Shown here one piece after another: positions 1 through 13,289 of a stretch of DNA of 64,000 nt (its first letter is position 1; every line of letters starts with the position of its first letter). This stretch comes from Octopus sinensis (taxonomy: Eukaryota). Made by a program: the position numbers and the translations under genes. The notes below the pieces were generated by a model. That model did no database searches. It saw only the letters and a list, made by a program, of their open reading frames with translations, and had not been told where the DNA came from. Location of the stretch: NCBI RefSeq assembly GCF_006345805.1, contig NC_042998.1:135532001-135596000 (forward strand), in the 5' to 3' direction.

Positions 1-395
1 ATAAAAGAATAAAAAAGTAAGAGATAATCTATATGGCCGGTCAGCGAGTGACCATTGGTTTCGTATCTATAAACTGCTTAGATGTATAGGCAGGGCCGTT
101 GCATGACTTTTAGAGGTCCCCTGCAACTATTTGTTTCAAGGCCTCATCTCTTTGATCAAAATTCATAATCTACGCATCTTTTATTCATAGCTATATTTTA
201 TTTTATTCTATATGATGTTCAATATTTCACATTATCCCAAAGAACATTTTTAAAAGTACAAGTTAAATTTATTTAGGGCTGAAACTATCGTATTATTTCT
301 TATTTGGGAAGGCCAATATTTAATAGGGTTGAATATTTATTCAATAGACTCACAAATATAAGAAGACAAGCATTTGAAAATAACAACTGTATATA

Positions 396-430
<35 letters not shown>

Positions 431-641
431 ATTATATTATATATATATATATATATAATATATATATAGCACTTGAATTTAGAAATAGCATTTTCAAGTG
501 CTGTGTTTGCTTTTCAAGTGCTGTGTTTTTACTGAGATCTCCCTTTTAGTAGAAAGAATAGCTATAACTCTTTGACTGCTATTTCTAAATTCGGTGTGTG
601 GTGAGGCAATTCGTTGCTAAATCCTTAATTGCTTAGTATTA

Positions 642-698
<57 letters not shown>

Positions 699-829
699 AA
701 TAAATATAAGAGAGTGGTCACTATGTGGCTCACTCTTGCACTAGAAATAGATCCAATAGGTTTCAACCACAAAATAAATGTTTCCCATGAAAGTCAGCAC
801 GATTGTTATTATTCTCTAACCCTTATTAA

Positions 830-1080
<251 letters not shown>

Positions 1081-1261
1081 ATCGAAATTTGCTAGGATGA
1101 TCCGGTTCCTGACTGAAGATTAGATGCTTCGAATGACCCGTCCTTTCTTTGTGTCGTCTCTTTGTGTATTTTTGCGTTCTTGTCCCATTTTGTATTTTTA
1201 TATATAATTTTTATATACATATATATATATATACATACATGTGTTAAACCAAACAAGAATA

Positions 1262-1310
<49 letters not shown>

Positions 1311-2030
1311 ACACACACACACGCACACGCACAAGCAGATTCGCATGCTAGTATATTTGGACACTTGTTAGAAACCTGACTTTGTCATATAGAACTGGAC
1401 TTACTTGATGGAATTAAGTATTCGCTTGATGATGGAAGATCAGATGGAACGTACTACTCCGACTCTGAGCAGCCCAAAAACCGAATGCGAGAATTCTTTA
1501 TAACGTAGTAGAACTGCAACAGTAAACGTGTAAGTGGGTAAGATTAATCACTAACATTTCCAAAGTTTACCACGTCTATAGTTGTATACAACTATAGTTG
1601 TATACGTGTGAGACAGTACACGTGTGAGACAGTATACGTGTGAGACAGTACAAACACTGTGACAAGCACACATTTGTGGTGACAGTTAAATCAGGCTGTT
1701 AATTCGGTTTCAGCAGCAGCCAGGGTTGGTAGTGATAAACGTCTAAACGTACAGAGATTATTACTATATTTTACTGTTTCCCCACCCCACTTACTCTCAA
1801 GCATCTACTTAGAAAGCAGTTTGTGGTAGGGATCAAGTGGGGACCAACAAGGGTTGTTACTCTTTACATAAGACGTGCATACTTCACCGTTTACCAAATA
1901 CCATTCACAAGTCAGTCTCCGATTCGAGGCTACGAAAGAAGAAATTTGTCCTATGCACAGTAGGATCGAAACTAGAACAACGTAGTTGCGAAGCCATTTG
2001 TTTTAACTACATAAATATGCATTTTTAATG

Positions 2031-2063
<33 letters not shown>

Positions 2064-2130
2064 TATATTCTTCCAAGGAATCTAATGCTCTTAGCTTAGT
2101 TTTTTTTTCCTAACTCTTTTTTTTTTTTTT

Positions 2131-2527
2131 TACTCTTTTTACTTGTTTCAGTCATTTGACTGCGGCCATGCTGGAGCACCGCCTTTAGTCGAGCAAATCG
2201 ACCCCGGGACTTATTCTTTTGTAACCCAGTACTTATTCTATCGGTCTCTTTTTTGCCGAACCGCTAAGTGACGGGGACATAAACACACCAGCATCGGTTG
2301 TCAAGCAATGCTAGGGGAACAAACATATTCACACACACTTATATATATATATATATACATATATACGACAGGCTTCTTTCAGTTTCCATCTACCAATCCA
2401 CTCACAAGCATTGGTCGGCCCGGGGCTATAGCAGAAGACACATGCCCAAGATGCCACGCAGTGAGACTGAACCCGGAACCATGTGGTTGGTTAGCAAGCT
2501 ACTTACCAAACAGCCACTCCTGCGCCT
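2131..2527 (-). mobile_element. SINE family A (tRNA-like head, CORE-like body)
   Basis: Same family as 2783-3189, 24074-24440, 34311-34667, 52295-52707 and 59638-60025; head has GGTTCAGTCCC B-box-like motif. Confidence 0.85.
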
Positions 2528-2686
2528 ATTGCTCCTTGGCAATCACGAGTATAACTAGTCGAAATTGCAAAGATAATCTGGAACTCGACTGAGGAAAGAA
2601 AACTCCGATTGATCCGTCCTTGTTTTCCTTTTATCGTCTGTCTGGATATTTTGTTGTCCCTTTTTTGTATATACATACATACATAA

Positions 2687-2721
<35 letters not shown>

Positions 2722-2731
2722 CACCACACAT

Positions 2732-2782
<51 letters not shown>

Positions 2783-2785
<3 letters not shown>

Positions 2786-3189
2786 TCTTTACTCTTTTAC
2801 TAGTTTCAGTCATTTGACTGCGGCCATGCTGGAGCACCGCCTTTAATCGAGCATATCAACCCCGGGACTTATTCTTTGTAAGCCCAGTACTTATTCTATC
2901 GGTCTCTTTTTTGCCGAACCGCTAAGTGACGGGGACGTAAACACACCAGCATCGGTTGTCAAGCAATGCTAGGGGGACAAACACACACACACACATACAC
3001 ATATATACATATATATACATATATACGACAGGCTTCTTTCAGTTTCTGTCAATCAAATCCACTCACAAGGCATTGGTCGGCCCGGGGCTATAGCAGAAGA
3101 CACTTGCCCAAGATGCCACGCAGTGGGACTGAACCCGGAACCATGTGGTTGGTTAGCAAGCTACTTACCACACAGCCACTCCTGCGCCT
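2783..3189 (-). mobile_element. SINE family A
   Basis: Near-identical to the other family A copies. Confidence 0.85.
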
Positions 3190-3262
3190 ATATATATATT
3201 TTTTTTTTCTCCCTAATATTATTATTATATATATATATATATATATATGAAGAAAGAGAAAG

Positions 3263-3307
<45 letters not shown>

Positions 3308-3341
3308 GAGAGAGAGTCACTAAATACAGTTATATAAACAG

Positions 3342-4320
3342 TTTTGCGGATGGTTCTAAGCTTCTGAAAGTTGTTGACAGGATGGGAGACCGGACAAGTC
3401 TTCAATCGGATCTAGTTGCTGTTACCCAGTGGGCGCAGAAACATAACATGCAACTGAACGGGAACAAGTTTGAGTTCATCCACTTTGGTAAATAGGCTGC
3501 ATTTAAATAACCATATATTCTTCCTTCAGGCGAGCGCTTCACGGCATCAAACATCGCTAGGGACCTCGGAATGACTGTCGACGATAACTTAAGTTGGAGT
3601 ATCCACATAAACAAGGAAGTCAACATGGCCCACCGGGCGTGCTCCTGGATCTTCAGGACTTTCCAGTCTAGAGATGCTCCAACCATTCTTCTTCTTTTTC
3701 TACCTTCGCCCGCCCTCACCTTGAATATTGTTGTCCGCTATGGTCTCCCTACACGAGCCAGAATATTAAAAAACTTGAAGCAACCCAGAGACCAATTACA
3801 AAGAAAATTGATGGCATTACTGGGATTATTTAATTACTGGGATCGACTCGCAAATCTCAAACTGCATTCTCTCCTGCGCCGCCGAGAACGCTATATTATT
3901 TCTATAATGTGGATAATGTTCCCACAGTATTACCCAAATGATATCAGTATCACTTATAAAATCCACCCAAGGCTTGGTCCCCATGCCATGCGTCCTCTAC
4001 AGAATTCGTGCTCTCAGCACATCACAACACTAAGAAAGAACTACTTCTTCTCAACTGAACAACCTGCTCTCTTTAACATCATTCCAAAACATATAAAGGA
4101 GGGAGATTTCATAACTTCAAAAAGTTCCTGGATGAATATCTCCAACAAATTCCAGATAAACCACTTACACTCGGATATACTTCTGCAAACTCCAACTCTT
4201 TAATCGAATGGGCAATGGTGCCTAAAAATAACTATACAAAAATACTTTACTAAATGTCTTTTCTAGGTGGTGCTATTAAGTTAGCTATAGCCTGGGCCAA
4301 TGTGGCCGAAACCTATCTAA

Positions 4321-4323
<3 letters not shown>
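3342..4323 (+). mobile_element. 5'-truncated CR1/L2-group LINE (RT C-terminus and 3' end)
   Basis: FADGSKLLKVV, RDLGMTVDDNLSWSIHI, YWDRLANLKLHSLLRRRERY; 3' end GCCGAAACCTATCTAAGTA shared with the 35-38 kb copy. Confidence 0.85.
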
Positions 4324-4392
<69 letters not shown>

Positions 4393-4418
4393 GAGAAAAA
4401 AGCAACAAGAATGGATTA

Positions 4419-4512
4419 GTTTTTCAGTACAATTGTTTCATACGAAGACAAGCTTTTTAAAAGCTGCAAATATTGCAGCAAATACAAGTGTCCCGTACTC
4501 ATCAGCCAAAAC
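4419..4512 (-). ncRNA. Type I hammerhead ribozyme in the downstream pLTR
   Basis: Minus strand: uuuugg-CUGAUGA-Guacgggaca...ugucuucguau-GAAA-CAAUUG-UA-cugaaa; palindromic stem III, GUA cleavage triplet. Confidence 0.75.
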
Positions 4513-5605
4513 ATATATGAGTTCTCCAAGCATCCTAGTGGGTGAGGCTACACTCATGAAGTATCGGAGATAGTTCTATAAAAAGCAAATTTAGGTTGTA
4601 AGCAGACTTCCAAAGTTCTCTAATGATGATGCACAGTCTTATAACAGGTTTTAAAAAAGCTTGTTAGCTTCACAGAGAAGATGAATCCATCCATAATGCA
4701 GGAGCAAATCACCGGAGATATGAGGAGATATTTCATACTCACAGACGATGAATCTATCCATGATTAATCCATAATAAGGTGGGTATAATTTCCTGATATA
4801 TGATAAGATACTTGTCACACCTCTGTTCATTTCACAAAACTGCTATGTTAGAATTATAAAGGCTGAAGGAATTTTGTGGAGCAAAGAAAAACCACCCACA
4901 TAGAGCATACTGGGATAACTGAGAGGGAAGGGGTCGCAGGTACCCACCTACACAGAAAGGTCTCTTTCTGTGGATACAGACAGTCTGGCTTAGATTTGCA
5001 GGAATCTAAGATTTATAAAGGAGAACATTATTTTTGACCAGTATACAGCTGCTAATTGCCAATCCGACGGAGCTAAAGCAGAAATAAGAATCTAAAGAGA
5101 ACAAGGGAAGGGATAAGGGTCAAAGGCTATCATTAGAGGAAAATACATTAAGAGAATTAAGTGCAGTACTAGAAAGGAGGTCATTTAATTAATTTATTTA
5201 TTATTGTTACTGTTTATACAATGACAGACTGTAGGTCTATACCTAGAGGTCAATTAGAGAATTGCTTATCATATTGAAATTTCTTATACTACTTTTAAGG
5301 GAGTAGCATTACTTATTTAACTTTATAATAGAATTATGAAGTATTAGTAACTTATTTGATTTAAGTTGTGTTACCTAAATTAGATTAAAATTAGATTAAA
5401 TTAAATCAACTATATAGTCAATTAAACTTTTTTAGGCAACGTACAAATACTATCTATTTCTTTATGTTCCAAATCAGGTGCAGTTAGAAAGAAAGAAATA
5501 ACCATAGTGTAAGAGCTCGCAGCTATCTATTTAAAAAATATTAGAGTTTTGTTTTATTAGTAAAAGCAAGATAATCTATCTCCATACGATTATTCTATAC
5601 GATTT

Positions 5606-7207
5606 TTATTTAAAATATTTTAGAGTCTTCATTTTTGCGTGAATACAAGAGAGGCCCAGTTCTATACGGTTATTTAACAAATTCCTATTTTTTCTATGCA
5701 TTAGAATTTCATACGTCTCCATGAAGCAGAGTTGGCAACCAGCCCTGTTATTTCTATAAGGCATCGCTCTTCTAACTATTTCCCAATTAAGGTTATATTT
5801 AATATTATTATTTTTGAGTTCCCAGATCTTACTTGAAAGTGTGGTGGTACCAGCTTTATGACGTAATTTAAAAGAGGAGATATGATTGCTAACTCTTTTC
5901 CTAAAATTTATAGTACAACCTAAATAAAGAAATTTGCTATTCGCAGTAGTTATGGTACATTTATAGATTACGTTATTTACCCCGCACAGACCAGGTGCCG
6001 GGCATTTTGACCTAATTCTACAATTACACCTAGGGGGATCATCTTCAGATGTTGAATTATTTATGGATAGATGTCTCATGTTCTTGCTATTCTGATTATC
6101 ATGAGTATATTTATCGTTATTATATGTTGTTATCTAAAGCAGTGTTATCATTTATCGATCCTTTTACACTATCATTTAGTTCTAAAGTCCTACCATGATT
6201 ACTTACATTATTGGTATTGTTACTATTATTGCTAGTATTTGTATCCGAATGTATATTGTTGTTATAGATATCAATGATGTCTTCATTCCCGGTATTTTCT
6301 CTATTGGCATTACTCATATTATTAACATTATTACTCCTATTAATATTAATATTATTATTAGTTATTCCATGGTTATTGATTCTACCTATGTTTTGATAGT
6401 TACTATTGTTGCGTTTATTGCTTTTATTTTTGATAGTATTATAACAATTGTTATTGGTATTCATGTTGGTATTATTTTTATCTTTCCTGGCTAGCTTAAT
6501 GTTATTATTATTAATCTTAGCTATTAAAGTGGACATATTTGGGAGGGTTGAATAAGAAATCCTAACCGCTTTTTTAGAAATAATTCTATGATATCTATGG
6601 GAGGCTGGGAAATTTTTTTCTAGAATTACTTTGAATTTGCTTTGTATATCCGATAGAATCGCCCAGTTGAAAGGAATATTCAGCCAGATTATATCTTTCT
6701 TATTAAATTTCCTTGAATTAGAATTAGGGTTAGTTGAATTATTACTAATCTCACCAGGTCAGTGTTTATTACTATTATTTGTATGCTTCTTTGATTTATC
6801 TAATTTGATTTTATCCGAGTTACCTATGCTCTGGTCTATGTTTTTATTTGTATGATTAGGCTTGTACGTTAGATTTGCAGTTACCGTAAATCTATTTCTA
6901 CTTTTATTTCGGGCGTGGTCTATATTGTTGTTTACGTGGTTACTGATATCTTCTTTATTAGGAATATGTAAGCTCTCCTTATCAATAAAGGTATACTTTT
7001 GGTTGTATCCTGCCTTAGATAACGCCGCATTATAATGCTCAGAATGAGAGTTAAATATATCATTATTGGATGATAATTTAGAGATTCTTAAGGAAATATT
7101 TCCGACTAAAGATTTAATTATATTTGGGGGATGATTGGATAATTTATTTACGTATCTCGTGATTTCACCTTCCTTTCTAAATGGGTAATGCAGCTTAGAG
7201 TTAAGGT
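5606..7207 (-). pseudogene. Penelope thumb, Asn-rich linker and GIY-YIG endonuclease
   Basis: Frame carries a TGA at 6759-6761 and a frameshift at about 6120; GIY-YIG ORF 5606-6079 (CNCRIRSKCP, VIYKC, YLGCT, FRKRVSNH, CQLCFMETYEI). Confidence 0.85.
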
Positions 7208-8416
7208 CTAATCTAGGAAATTGGCTATTTTAGTGCCAGGTTCATACGTTATGCTAAGGTTGAAATCCTTAAAGAACTTATAAATTTTCTTTCTAATCCT
7301 TTCAATGCTAGATTTATTATTACTAGGGATAACAAACAGAGCATCATCCCTATATAAACCACCTTGTAATTTCGGGATCTCCTTATTTATGCATTTTAAT
7401 AGATACGCGCCTACCAAGTTAGTCACCTCAGCCGAATCACTGGAACCCATGGGTATATCGAAATTATTAGGTGTATCTGCTCTAGTCCATAACTTTTCTT
7501 CAAATTCAATAAATGTTTTTCTAGCTAATAGCACAATGTCAATTTCCTCTCTAGATATGAGGGAGCGATTCATAGCAAATATAAGTGATTTATTTAGCAA
7601 AATAGGGGAAATACTAGAGTAATAATTATTTATGTCGAACTGAATAAAGGACAGACTACTAGTATTAGTTAGAGAGTTAAACCATTTTAATACCTCATCG
7701 GTATTTAGCCATAGACTTAAGGGAAGAAAAGGGGTTATTTGGGGTAGAACAGTATCAAGGATAGATTTACTAAGCCGGCCAATGTCTGACTTAGTTGGAC
7801 AAATAAGCCTTACCGAAGGGTTTTCCATGAAATTCCTTTTGTGGTCTTTAAGGTTGATTCTAGGTTCACACGGTTTAAGCGGCTCCGTTCTATCCGTTAA
7901 ATTGTATCTTTCCATAATTTCCTTCATTTCCAGGTTTAATTTTTTCAAATTTTTCTTAGTAGTAATTTTATATTTGGAGTTGAGTTCCTTCTTAATTAGC
8001 TTGCTATAAAGAGTGTAATCTACTCTATACAGATTACCAGTTTTATCCGCTGGTACTAAGATTCCTTGCTTATTCCGGGTTGAATGAATAAAGTTACTGA
8101 GATGTTTGAGGTAAGGGTTGTATCTTAACGGGTGTTCCTTGAATTTAATATCTTCTATAAGATTCAGTAAATCTTTTTCGAAATTCTCCAGGAGTAGGTT
8201 CGGAGGCGGACTCTTTCTGCTTCTAAATATTCCCCCAAAGTTCTTATCAGTATTCTTTACTTGAGGGTCCTTTTTCTGCTTGACATCAAAATGGTAAGTT
8301 TTCCATCTAATTCTTCTAATGAAGTCATTAATCCTATGGATAAGTAGCCAGTTATATTCATCTTTACTGTGTAAGGGGATGTCTTTAGGGGAAAACTCAA
8401 TGTTTACTTTCTCCAT
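7208..8416 (-). pseudogene. Penelope RT domain, 5' part of a disrupted polyprotein ORF
   Basis: Probable start MEKVNIEFSPKDIP at 8416; motifs FIQFDINNYY, IPMGSSDSAEV, GLYRDD. A frameshift at about 7210 continues as LDLNSKLHYPFRK...NKLSNHPPNII. Confidence 0.85.
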
Positions 8417-8617
8417 TCTTGTTGAGAAATTAAGTACCAGAAAAACATACAGAAGGTATGGGAATATATTCAGTAAAAGCAATTAAGATTCAAGTGAGTT
8501 CTATTGAATTCACTTGAATGCGGTACTTAACTTAGATGCACCAGAAAACTATATGGTATTAACCATACAATAATGTGGGGTGATTATAAACGAGTAAAAA
8601 GCAACAAGAATGGATTA

Positions 8618-8712
8618 GTTTTTCAGTACAATTGTTTCATACGAAGACAAGCTTTATTAAAAGCTGCAAATATTGCAGCAAATACAAGTGTCCCGTACTC
8701 ATCAGCCAAAAC
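8618..8712 (-). ncRNA. Type I hammerhead ribozyme in the upstream pLTR
   Basis: Same core as 4419-4512; predicted cleavage after 8627. Confidence 0.75.
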
Positions 8713-9653
8713 ATATATGAGTTCTCCAAGCATCCTAGTGGGTGAGGCTACACTCATGAAGTATCGGAGATAGTTCTATAAAAAGCAAATTTAGGTTGTA
8801 AGCAGACTTCCAAAGTTCTCTAATGATGATGCACAGTCTTATAACAGGTTTTAAAAAAGCTTGTTAGCTTCACAGAGAAGATGAATCCATCCATAATGCA
8901 GGAGCAAATCACCGGAGATATGAGGAGATATTTCATACTCACAGACGATGAATCTATCCATGATTAATCCATAATAAGGTGGGTATAATTTCCTGATATA
9001 TGATAAGATACTTGTCACACCTCTGTTCATTTCACAAAACTGCTATGTTAGAATTATAAAGGCTGAAGGAATTTTGTGGAGCAAAGAAAAACCACCCACA
9101 TAGAGCATACTGGGATAACTGAGAGGGAAGGGGTCGCAGGTACCCACCTACACAGAAAGGTCTCTTTCTGTGGATACAGACAGTCTGGCTTAGAATTTGC
9201 AGGAATCTAAGATTTATAAAGGAGAACATTATTTTTGACCAGTATACAGCTGCTAATTGCCAATCCGACGGAGCTAAAGCAGAAATAAGAATCTAAAGAG
9301 AACAAGGGAAGGGATAAAGGGGTCAAAGGCTATCATTAGAGGAAAATACATTAAGAGAATTAAGTGCAGTACTAGAAAGGAGGTCATTTAATTAATTTAT
9401 TTATTATTGTTACTGTTTATACAATGACAGACTGTAGGTCTATACCTAGAGGTCAATTAGAGAATTGCTTATCATATTGAAATTTCTTATACTACTTTTA
9501 AGGGAGTAGCATTACTTATTTAACTTTATAATAGAATTATGAAGTATTAGTAACTTACAGACAATATATATATATCGTCTGTAAAAAATATAAATCCAAA
9601 AGAAGCACACTCTAAGATGTAGAGCAGTATATATTAAAATTGGGGAAGGCCGG

Positions 9654-9723
9654 TTTATGGGATTACCATAGGTTTCCCGTCCATAAAGGATTTTGCTTTA
9701 TAGTGTATCGTCAGATCCCCAAA
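9654..9723 (-). ncRNA. Hammerhead-like motif in a Penelope-like 3' relic (same family as 45034-45103)
   Basis: uuuggggau-CUGACGA-u...ggacgg-GAAA-CCuauGG-UA-aucccauaaa; good stems I and III, non-canonical base of stem II. Confidence 0.5.
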
Positions 9724-10300
9724 TCCTGTTAGCCCCACAGGCGTGACTGCGTGGTTCCGGGTTCAGTCCCACTGCATGACACCTTGGGCAAGTATCTTCT
9801 ACTGTAGTCTCGGGCCGATCAAAGTCTTGTGAGTGGATTTGGTAGACGGAAACTAAAAGAGGCCCGTCCCGGCCATCGCCATGATTTACCGCTAGCCATT
9901 GAAGCTTTCTTTTTCTTCTCTCTCTATTTTCTCGTGTTCCTTTCTGTTGAAGATCGTAGGCTCGAAACATAAAAGACTTTCTCACCTTCCCGAGTGTTAA
10001 GCTAATACACCTGTTTGTTGTTTACACACCTGTCTTCGTCTTTTGTCATTTTGTAAATTCCAACTATATATATATATATATTTGCATATGTATATATATA
10101 TATATATGTGTGTAAATATATATGTATATATATATTGGAACTCGACTGAGGAAAGAAAACTTCGAAATGACCTGACCGTATTTTTTCTTGTACCTCTTTA
10201 GTATCATCTGTCTGGATGTTTTGCGTTCTTGTCCCATTTTTTGTATTCCTTTTTATATACATATGGTGGCGTAACGTACACTTTGGTCTCTTATATGTAA

Positions 10301-10355
<55 letters not shown>

Positions 10356-10644
10356 GGGGGGGAGTTCACGAAAAAAAAAGACGAAGACAGGTGGTGTACA
10401 TATATATATAATATATATATATATATCTATATATATATATATCTATATATATATATATATATATAAGTTTTTGTACGACTCTCTTATTCTTTCATTCAGT
10501 CTTTCTATCAGCCCATTCACACTTACTTCGTTCTTTCCACTCTTCTTTCTTTCGTTTCCCCTTTCTCACATTTTCTGGCTTTCTCTTCATTCTCACCTTC
10601 CCTTCTCTTTCACTGCACTCTCCCTTTATTTTTCGTCCCTCCCA

Positions 10645-10810
10645 CGGAGATACATCGGATGTACTGGGAATTCTCTCAAGCAATGTGTTTCCAACAATAG
10701 ATCCTCCTTCAAATTTCCGGAAAGGAGAAACGTAACATCGCTGGCCAACCACGTCTGGCAACTAGAGACGATCTCATGGAAAATCCCATACTCGATCTCA
10801 TCAAGTTTTT
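10645..10810 (+). mobile_element. Penelope-type GIY-YIG fragment
   Basis: RRYIGCTGNSLKQCVSNNRSSFKFPERRNVTSLANHVWQL; homologous to 44610-44740. Confidence 0.7.
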
Positions 10811-11123
10811 CTGCAATTTTACATTAAGTCCACCTTCAGAATGACAGACAATACAGCCGGCCTCTTTGAAATTCAGATAGTTTGAAGTCTTCTTTTGTAC
10901 ATGACATGATTAAACACTCATATAACGAACCTGAAACATAAAAATGTAAATCAATAAAAAATATAAACCTCTACAAATTAGAATAAACACAAAACGTTGT
11001 TTTATGGGGTGTTTATTTACTTCTGTCATGTGTGTGTGTGTATGTGTGTGTGTATACATATATATGTACATACAATATATATATATATATATAACCAATG
11101 AAAATTAATTATACATATATATG

Positions 11124-11176
<53 letters not shown>

Positions 11177-11554
11177 CCAATGAAAATTAATTAAAATAAA
11201 ACGCAACAGAATGTCACAACAATAACATTACAATTTATGATCAATACCAGATCAACTTAAATTTCAATACATGTCACCATGCCACTTACATTCCATGTGA
11301 AACATAATGTCTATGGTTACAGGTTTCCAATGGTTCAAACACTGGTTCACTGTATTTCTGGTGATGACAATCCCAAGAGAGTATCTGTGGAACTCAGTGC
11401 AGAACAAATATCAAAAGGCTTTTGATTGAAAAGTACTATTTTGTTCAGATTTCTTACAGATTTCTACCTTTTTAAGTAGGCTGTTACATCTTAGTGTGAA
11501 TTTTTATCATCCTGGTAACTATTTATGTTTTTTTTCTGTATTATTTGTAAGCAT

Positions 11555-11617
<63 letters not shown>

Positions 11618-12067
11618 ACATACTATAGCCTGAGACCCACCAAAGCCTTGGTGAGTTTCGTACACTGAAACTGGAAGAACAATGTTGTATATACGTGTAT
11701 ATTTGTATGTGTATGTATCTATGTGTGTATCTGCGTCTGTGTTTGTACAGCCGATGTTACTGTGTTTACGTCCCCGTAACTTAGCCGTTTGGTAAAACAC
11801 ACCGATAGAATAAGTACTAAGCTTACAAAGCATAAATCTGTGGGTCAATTTCTTCGACTAAAGGTGGTGTTCAAGCATGGCTGTAGTCACATGACCTAAA
11901 CAAGTAAAACAATAAAAAAACCATGCCATTTTAATCCCGAGCAAGGCTAGTAATGTTAATAAGGTTACAGCAACAAACAACGTAATTGTAAGAAGCATAA
12001 ATAACATGCATATTCTATATTTTACTCACACACACACACAGGTGTGTTTGTATATATATATATATAT

Positions 12068-12100
12068 ACTAGCTTAAGGTGACCCGCTCTACGCGCGGGT
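12068..12100 (-). mobile_element. Helitron 3' terminus
   Basis: Minus strand ACCCGC-gcgtaga-GCGGGT hairpin, 9 nt, CTAG|T. Confidence 0.6.
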
Positions 12101-12134
12101 AAGAGTGTGGTTGTTACTTTCTGTTACTTCCTTT

Positions 12135-12446
12135 CAGCACGTAAAAAGCACCATCCGAACGTGGCCGATTGCAGCGCCGCCTTGACTGGCTTCTGTGCCG
12201 GTGGCACGTAAAAAGCACCACCCGATCGTGGCCGCTGCCAGCCCCCCTGGCACCTGTGCCGGCGGCACGAAAAAAGGACCTACTACACTCACAGAGTGGT
12301 TGGCGTTAGGAAGGGCATCCACCAGTAGAAACACTGCCAGATCAGACTGGAGCCTGGTGCAGCCTCCTGGCTTCCCAGACCCCGGTCAAACTGTCCAACC
12401 CGTGTTAGCACGGAAAACGGACGTTAAACGATGATGATGATGATGA
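12135..12446 (+). mobile_element. Non-autonomous retroposon with RTE-like (GAT)n tail and an internal duplication
   Basis: Repeated gcacgtaaaaagcacca block; ends cggacgttaaacgatgatgatg. Confidence 0.55.
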
Positions 12447-13216
12447 TTCTCCCTCTTTGTTTCTCTTTCCTTTCTCTCTCACTTTCCCACTCTCTTACTT
12501 TTCTTTTCTCTCGGACTCTCCCTCGCTTTCTCTTACTCTCTATCTTTATCTATCTCTCTCCCATTTATAAACAACAAAATATCTTGAGTAAGTTGAGAAA
12601 TAGAATATTTTGAAAGATCAATCATAAATATCAGGCAGTGACAACGGAAAGGTTTGCTTCAAGGTAGACAGCAAAACACTAACATTTAAAAGGGACAGAC
12701 GAACTTGCGAGCTGAATAAAAATAATAAAATATTGGAAACCAAAGTTTGAAGGGATAGAATGTGAGGATAGTAGAGTCACCATGGCTGGCATTTCTTAAC
12801 GACGGACAGCAACGTATTGACAGTTTAACGGCTGGCGTAAAATTTTGAACTTGATGTAAAAGAAAATTCGTAAACACCAAGTTTTGAAGTGATTCTTTCT
12901 CACGACAGTAGACTCACCATGGCAAGCATTCAAAACCTCTTCATCATGGACGGCAACACATTGACTATTAAAAGGCCGGCGCAAATTTTTTAGCTTGATG
13001 TAACAGAGAATTCCTAAACACCCGCTCCTTTAAATTTTAATCCCCTCCCAGTCCCATTTAGACCCCTTTTCACATTTTGATTAATATAACCCGAGAAGTC
13101 ACGCCTTTCATTTGAGGAAAAAAATAGTTGTCATGCAAACTTGCCAGCACTTTTAACATAGGTGTGCATATTTTCAGCTCAACCGACCACATAATGCACA
13201 CATTATATATATATAC

Positions 13217-13289
<73 letters not shown>

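Larger units (their letters stand above)
4391..9557 (-). mobile_element. Penelope-like retroelement (RT + GIY-YIG) flanked by direct pseudo-LTRs
   Basis: Direct repeats 4391-5354 and 8590-9557 differ only by a few small indels plus a substitution at the left edge. Between them lie an RT ORF (FIRRIRWK, PADKTG, GLYRDD), a thumb/linker (IIWLNIPF, ISYSTLPN) and a GIY-YIG domain (CNCR...VIYKC...YLGCT). Left flank is (TA)n. Confidence 0.93.

Noticed and set aside
1105-1145. CTGA(A/G)GA...TCGAA motif family at 1113, 2588, 10146 and about 15888
   Set aside because: No stem I and no consistent stem II/III pairing could be drawn; at most remote hammerhead relics.
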